Shown here: positions 27,072 through 32,257 of the stretch, in pieces
Layout of the letters: the number at the start of each line of letters is the position of its first letter
Numbering within the stretch: the first letter of the stretch is position 1
Source: Candidatus Hydrogenedentota bacterium
Lineage (GTDB): Bacteria > Hydrogenedentota > Hydrogenedentia > Hydrogenedentales > SLHB01
Assembly: GCA_045863295.1 (NCBI GenBank)
Contig: BTWA01000051.1
Location: 1-32,257 of the forward strand
DNA length: 32,257 nt
Reading direction: 5' to 3'
Notes under the pieces: generated by a model
What the model saw: the letters and a program-made list of their open reading frames with translations, nothing else
What the model was told of the DNA's origin: nothing
The model's database searches: none
Program-made: the position numbers and the translations under genes

Positions 27072-29141
27072 CTATTTGATAGGAACAAATTGAACCGCAT
27101 CGGTGACCATGTGCCCATCCGTATCCTTGTTCGACAATACAACCTTTGCTTCCGGACCCTTGAATTCATACGTGCCTACCGACACGAACGCCCCGTCATA
27201 ATCCGGGGTCTTTTTTTGATTGACTTTAATGACGGTGGTACCACCGGCGTGTGTGACCTCGACCGGTACGTTGGTAGCCCTATTTGGATTCGCGGAATAT
27301 GACACGCGGACATCGTATTTACCGGCCGGCAGGTTATTCGGGCGATATTCCGCTTCCAGCTCGCCTTTCATCTCATTGGCATCGTGCCGATAGCGATGTC
27401 CCACAAATTGTGGAACCGAGGTGCTGACCAGCCAGCCATGGCTTAGCAATGCGTCGGTATCGTCGATTACTATTCCATCCAGTGTAGCAGGGTCGATTTT
27501 GAAACTTTGATATGTTCCGGGTCCTGTCCAATCCAGCACTTGACCGTCCGCCAGCAATTGGGAGCGCAACGATTCATAGGGTACTTGCTGAACGGGTAGA
27601 TCCGTGTCCAGGGCCAAGCATGCCGCGGTGGCCGCGGACTGGCCCAAAACCATGAATACAGGTTCCATTCGGATGGAGCCAAAGGCAATGTGCGAACTGG
27701 ATAGACATACGGGCACCAGCAGGTTTTGGCATTCGGACTTTTTGGGGCAGATGGAGCGATAGGAAATAGGGTAGGGAGGAAAGCCGCCGACTTGCACGTC
27801 TCCTTCATTGAGCACGTGGCCCGTAGAATCCACGTATCGCTGTACGTGGTGCGAATCCATTGTGTACGCAGCCAGACCTACTGAGTCCTCGGCCTTCATT
27901 CGGCCCTCGCAATTGTGTTGTGTCATTACGTAGTCTGAAATCATTCTGCGCGCTTCACGGACATAGATTTGGTGGGACCATCCGCCATTTTCCTGAAATT
28001 CATCCTTGCAGTTGCCCCATGCGCCAATCGTATTTCGAATTTTTTCAGGGACCCTGGGGTGGTTTGCCAACGTCCACATCAACCCGCGCTGGTAGAGCAG
28101 GTGCTCCTTATACAGCCGGTCCCGGGTCGCATAATCGCCATCCGGCCAGTCATAATTCATGCCAATGAAATCGGTTGAGAATCCGAAGTTGTTGTTCACG
28201 TCTGTTTTTCGATTGGGCATTGGCGTGGGGCTCCATGGAGCCCGCGCTTCACCAGCTTCAAAATTGCGCAGCAGCAATTCATACCGTAGCGGATCGTAGT
28301 TTTGGGGCTTTTCAAAGGGAATCCGGTTTTCGGGGTTATCCGTCAGGCACATACGAAAATTATACGCTTGCACCCTGGCGTCGCCCGTGCCGTCTTCCGC
28401 CACCGGGGAGCCTTCTACTCCTGGAAGTAATCCACTGGAGGGATCACCCGGACGTACATATGGATCCACTCCGGGCAACAACTGGTGATAAATCGCCTGC
28501 GAAGTCTGCACGCCATTTATTGTTTCGCCGTATGTGGCATTTGATTCCCGCCCCACGTGATAAGCAACTCCGGACGCTGCCATCAGATCCCCTTCGTAGG
28601 TGGCGTCAATGAATTGCGATCCGTTGACGACGAGTCCGCTTTCCATTTGGATGGAATGGATCCGCATACTTTTCTTTACGACGCCCGAAGGGCGGGCCAA
28701 TCGTTCGCCATACAGGACGGTAACGCCGGCCTCTTCCAGCATTCGCCTGAAGATTTCCTCAGCGACGTGGGGTTCAAAGGTCCACATGGCGTCATCACCT
28801 GGTGTTTGCCTTGGGTTCTGGTAGTCTTTCGCTGCTTCCTGCTTCCATGCGTCTGGATTTTCGTAGTGGGCCTTCACATTCCGGTAGAATTCGCGCGAGA
28901 TGCCGCCGATTGCCGCCTTATTGCCAATATCGGTCGCGCCTAGCCCCCCGCTGGTCAGCCCGCCAATATGGTTTCCGGGTTCGATTAGTACCGCGGATTT
29001 GCCCATTCGCTTTGCTTGAATGGCAGCTGCTATACCTCCGGATGTACCTCCGTAAATCACAACTTCGAACCTCATGGGTTCCAGCGAGAAGGCGTGCCCC
29101 ATGCCAGTGCAAAGAGCCGAGATCAGTAAAATAACTCGCAT
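27072..29141 (-). CDS. Secreted FAD-dependent oxidoreductase (FAD_oxidored family) with a C-terminal golvesin/xanthan-lyase CBM-like domain
   Basis: Signal peptide, VVIYGGTSGGIAAA, FEPHVA, FIDATYEGDL, YVREARRM, SSSHIAFGSIRMEPVFM; C-terminal VIDD...NRATNVPV...DAVQF. Confidence 0.88.
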   Translation of the reverse strand: MRVILLISALCTGMGHAFSLEPMRFEVVIYGGTSGGIAAAIQAKRMGKSAVLIEPGNHIGGLTSGGLGATDIGNKAAIGGISREFYRNVKAHYENPDAWKQEAAKDYQNPRQTPGDDAMWTFEPHVAEEIFRRMLEEAGVTVLYGERLARPSGVVKKSMRIHSIQMESGLVVNGSQFIDATYEGDLMAASGVAYHVGRESNATYGETINGVQTSQAIYHQLLPGVDPYVRPGDPSSGLLPGVEGSPVAEDGTGDARVQAYNFRMCLTDNPENRIPFEKPQNYDPLRYELLLRNFEAGEARAPWSPTPMPNRKTDVNNNFGFSTDFIGMNYDWPDGDYATRDRLYKEHLLYQRGLMWTLANHPRVPEKIRNTIGAWGNCKDEFQENGGWSHQIYVREARRMISDYVMTQHNCEGRMKAEDSVGLAAYTMDSHHVQRYVDSTGHVLNEGDVQVGGFPPYPISYRSICPKKSECQNLLVPVCLSSSHIAFGSIRMEPVFMVLGQSAATAACLALDTDLPVQQVPYESLRSQLLADGQVLDWTGPGTYQSFKIDPATLDGIVIDDTDALLSHGWLVSTSVPQFVGHRYRHDANEMKGELEAEYRPNNLPAGKYDVRVSYSANPNRATNVPVEVTHAGGTTVIKVNQKKTPDYDGAFVSVGTYEFKGPEAKVVLSNKDTDGHMVTDAVQFVPIK

Positions 29142-29356
29142 GGTAATGGTCCTCGCTTCGTCCAGACGATCCGCCCACGCAAAGCCCTAGGTGTACGAGA
29201 ACGAAAGCCCTGCCCGATTCTTCCCGCTATAGTACCAATCCTGACTTCCTCATTCACGATGTACCATTGAATTGCGGTAGAGAAGGGGTGAGTTCCCCTC
29301 GGACTGTAGTGACCTTGTCCTGCAATTTCCGAAATTCCGGCTTTGAGGCCAGAATC

Positions 29357-29385
29357 TTGACAATGAGTAAACTTAGTGCTTTAAT
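29357..29385 (+). promoter_or_regulatory. Strong candidate sigma70 promoter for the cytochrome/porin operon
   Basis: TTGACA-N17-TTTAAT with extended -10 TG at 29377-29378. Confidence 0.6.
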
Positions 29386-29460
29386 AATGCGACGCTATTA
29401 GACGTGTTATTCGCATTGGGGGAACATTGCGAGTACAGAATGTGGCTATGTAGCCAGATT

Positions 29461-30309
29461 ATGGTGGTTTCCTTGAACTTTGCTGGGGGTAAAGCAAGGA
29501 AGCATTGGAGACGCTGGGGATATCATACGGTTAGTGCCGGTTTTTTGGTTCCGGCCGCCTTGGTTCTCGTCCTAGTGCTTTCTGTTGGGCAAACCGGGTG
29601 TCCAGTTTCTGGCCCTTTCTCGTCGATCACATGTCTTTCCTGCCACAATGGCATCAATGCTCAGGATATGCGTGCCATTGCGTTGAGCGCCCATAAAGCT
29701 GTTTCCTGTACGGTTTGCCACGGAAATGGGTTGCTTCATGTTCAGAGTGGCGGCCAAAACGGCTTCCTGATTAACCCCGCGTATGGATCGTTTGAACAGT
29801 CGTATGCATCGTGCACTCTGTGCCATCAGAAAACAGTGGACGAATTCTTGCAAAGTAAACACGGTGGGGAAAAGGCGGCGTCGTGCCATGATTGCCATGA
29901 TGTGCATCGTTCCGGGGTTGATGCGCTCACGGTGCCCAGCAATCTGTCGTGCCAGAAGTGTCACGTTTTTTTGGGTTTCTTCAATCAAACTGACGTCGCC
30001 GCCCATACAGAACATCCGATCGATCCGGCCGATTCCGGTGCCAGCCGTTGTGTGGGGTGTCACATGGTGCCGCAGACCCGGACCAATCAAGAGGATGGGC
30101 CGCACAATCACACGTTTTTGGCGGTGCCTCCTGGGGCGACAGTGGATGCCGTAAATAGCGGTGTGACACCCGCGCCACCTAATTCATGTGCCGGAGTCGC
30201 GGGTTGCCACGACGGAACTGTATTGACCGCCCCCATATTCGACGTGGATAACACATCCCAAATGGAGTTTTTGCAGCTTTTGTACGAACACTGGTTTGTT
30301 GCGCCCTAG
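29461..30309 (+). CDS. Multiheme c-type cytochrome, probable lipoprotein (6 CxxCH + 1 CX5CH)
   Basis: CLSCH, CTVCH, CTLCH, CHDCH, CQKCH, CVGCH, CAGVAGCH; distal His candidates (SAH, LLH, SKH, DVH, AHTEH, HNHTF); hydrophobic leader ending in GQTG-C. Start uncertain. Confidence 0.88.
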   Translation: MVVSLNFAGGKARKHWRRWGYHTVSAGFLVPAALVLVLVLSVGQTGCPVSGPFSSITCLSCHNGINAQDMRAIALSAHKAVSCTVCHGNGLLHVQSGGQNGFLINPAYGSFEQSYASCTLCHQKTVDEFLQSKHGGEKAASCHDCHDVHRSGVDALTVPSNLSCQKCHVFLGFFNQTDVAAHTEHPIDPADSGASRCVGCHMVPQTRTNQEDGPHNHTFLAVPPGATVDAVNSGVTPAPPNSCAGVAGCHDGTVLTAPIFDVDNTSQMEFLQLLYEHWFVAP

Positions 30310-30375
30310 TTTCCATTGGGTGTGCATGCATGTTGCAGTAATGCCGAATTCAAAACGCGGAAGGAAACCGATGCC

Positions 30376-32118
30376 ATGTGCCTGTACCGGCACAATTCAC
30401 TCTTGCACGCGGGTCTGATACGCCGGATACGCCCATGTGTTGGAGCTGCTTGGATGGTCGTGGCCGTTTTGATGGGCACACTCGTTCTTCTTTTCCCTGT
30501 TTCATCTTTCGCCGCAGAGGCAGGGGATGCGTCGGTGGCTCCCGCCGCGGAAACACCGGCACCCGATTCTGCTGAAGCCGAACCCACCGAACCGCAGGCC
30601 GAAGCTGCTGCTGCGGAACCTCCTACTTCTGATGCGGTCCCTGCTGATTCGGAGTCTCCTGCATCCCCGAGCGATCCTCAAGATTCCGGGGAGAATTCAG
30701 ATACCGAGATGGCGAACACGAAGTGGATTAGCGGCCAAATCGATTTGCAGGGAGAAGCAGAGTGGTCCGATGCGGGTGAAGACTACGATTTCGATCAATT
30801 TATCCGAATCAACATCGATCCGCCTCAGAATGAGAAAATCCATATTAGAAGCTCTTTTTGGTTATACGAAGATATCTCGCCCGACGATGATCGGGCGTAT
30901 TATCTCAACGACCTTTCGGATACCTGGGACAGCGATTTTCAGGCCCGTGTATTGACACTTCATGTGGACGTTGAGGATCTCTGGGGCGATTCCTTACTTC
31001 GTATTGGACGCCAGCGCATATTCGAAGGCCAGTATTTCGGACGCATGGACGGCATTTATTTCAAGAAAAGCATGCCCAAGTGGGATTGGTATGCGTTTGC
31101 CGGTTGGCGGGCTTCCCTGTATGAAGATGCCTTCGACGACCCTGTCCTGGGCGGGGGACTTTCCTGGCAGCCGACAACGAAGACACGAATTGCTTTGGAT
31201 GCGTATTATGCGAGCGAGGAACTGGATCACAAGCCCCGATTCCGGCGGCGGCGTTTTTCCGAAATCCTTTACCACGACTACCCGCGGGAATGGGATGATT
31301 CCTTTAGCGATACAATGGTCGCCCTGAGTATCTGGCAAGATATTACGACCAACCTACGGGTATTCGGAAGGTACAGTTGGTACGATAAAGGCAGCGATGA
31401 GTTGCTGCTCGAACTCGTTGGCTACGTGCCCAATTGGGATCTCTCGTATGAAGTTTCCTATCGTCGAATGATGGACGAGACCACGCAACGTGTAGATGAT
31501 CAGTCCAGTTATTATCGTGTGTTGGGTACCTATGAGGATTACGACAGCTGGTTTATGGCGTTGCACAAGCCCATTTCCAAACGGATTGCCCTGTCCGTTG
31601 AGGGAGAGTTGCGGGACGTCAGAGGCGACGAATTCGCCACAAACAATCCAGACTACTTGCGGTATGCCGCGATTCTCAGTTTGTCCGATCTGCCTTGGGG
31701 TTTGAGCGGCAATCTTGCGTACGAACGCTGGGACGTCGACGGCCGGGACGATGCATGGATGGTTTCGGGCGAATTGACCAAGACCTGGGTCCATTTCGCC
31801 TTGACCGTGGGCGCGTCTTACGAGCGCTGGGTTGATGAATACGAGGCATACGATTTTTTCCCGCAATTCAAGAATCAGGTGCGATCGGCGCTCAATTTTG
31901 GGGGGTATCAGACCCCTTACTATGCCAACAATTTCACCGTGAATCTTCGCGACAAGGTTCCGGTTATCGTGCGAGACGATATTTACGCGTTGTTTGCGGA
32001 ATGCGTTTGGACCATTAATCCGCAAAACGAGGTAAAGCTTGGCGTATCCTACGAGATCGACGACTACGCTGACTCGCCCTATTGGCAGGTTAGCGCGGGC
32101 TATTCACTGAAGTTTTAG
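30376..32118 (+). CDS. Outer-membrane beta-barrel protein (putative cytochrome-associated porin)
   Basis: Signal peptide (..VSSFA-AE), acidic Pro/Ala/Ser linker, alternating aromatic/amphipathic strands (LRIGRQ, DGIYF, GGGLSWQP), C-terminal YWQVSAGYSLKF BAM-type signature; AAGGA RBS. Confidence 0.78.
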   Translation: MCLYRHNSLLHAGLIRRIRPCVGAAWMVVAVLMGTLVLLFPVSSFAAEAGDASVAPAAETPAPDSAEAEPTEPQAEAAAAEPPTSDAVPADSESPASPSDPQDSGENSDTEMANTKWISGQIDLQGEAEWSDAGEDYDFDQFIRINIDPPQNEKIHIRSSFWLYEDISPDDDRAYYLNDLSDTWDSDFQARVLTLHVDVEDLWGDSLLRIGRQRIFEGQYFGRMDGIYFKKSMPKWDWYAFAGWRASLYEDAFDDPVLGGGLSWQPTTKTRIALDAYYASEELDHKPRFRRRRFSEILYHDYPREWDDSFSDTMVALSIWQDITTNLRVFGRYSWYDKGSDELLLELVGYVPNWDLSYEVSYRRMMDETTQRVDDQSSYYRVLGTYEDYDSWFMALHKPISKRIALSVEGELRDVRGDEFATNNPDYLRYAAILSLSDLPWGLSGNLAYERWDVDGRDDAWMVSGELTKTWVHFALTVGASYERWVDEYEAYDFFPQFKNQVRSALNFGGYQTPYYANNFTVNLRDKVPVIVRDDIYALFAECVWTINPQNEVKLGVSYEIDDYADSPYWQVSAGYSLKF

Positions 32119-32142
32119 TTTCGGAGCGAGGAGAACCTTGGA

Positions 32143-32257
32143 ATGAAGCGGCGAACCAGACTTTTCTGGATCATGGCGTTGTGCGCGTCTAACGTGCTCA
32201 TCGGCGCCTGCATCACCGCTTCCAAGAATACTCCGACGGAAACTCAACCTGTCGAAG
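32143..32257 (+). CDS. Lipoprotein, 5' fragment (runs off the window end)
   Basis: GAGGAG RBS; MKRRTRLFWIMALCASNVLIGA-CITASKNTPTETQPVE with a lipobox-like IGAC. Confidence 0.65.
   Translation, partial: MKRRTRLFWIMALCASNVLIGACITASKNTPTETQPVE

Noticed and set aside
1..32257. CRISPR array, tRNA, rRNA or riboswitch
   Set aside because: No repeat-spacer array or recognisable structured-RNA signature seen by eye; a covariance-model search was not possible.

Overview
GC-rich bacterial chromosomal window with about 23 protein-coding genes and no rRNA, tRNA or CRISPR array detected. The gene mix (DUF1501 plus DUF1549/DUF1553 cytochrome pair, RRM protein, large Ig/beta-helix surface protein) suggests a PVC-like or Candidatus Hydrogenedentes-like diderm; this is inference only. 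Two loci stand out. (1) An apparently intact 2,740-bp IS1-family cargo element (11674-14413) has perfect 19-bp terminal inverted repeats and an 8-bp target duplication (GATTAGGG). It carries a single-ORF DDE transposase plus, divergently, an AT-richer Schlafen/AlbA_2-ATPase-wHTH gene and a small uncharacterised ORF. Three TTCGAA palindromes at exact 24-bp spacing lie in the shared promoter region. (2) At the right edge is a candidate porin-cytochrome electron conduit operon: multiheme lipoprotein cytochrome (6 CxxCH plus 1 CX5CH), outer-membrane beta-barrel, and a second lipoprotein cut by the window end. Also present: a YHYH gene missed by the ORF track, a CGTC-type REP dimer, an Asp-box sialidase-like protein, a GT-C glycosyltransferase, a C69 peptidase, a RimK-associated protease/M14 peptidase pair with no rimK, a PuuB-like oxidase, CHAD and EEP proteins, and a tandem ferritin-like protein.
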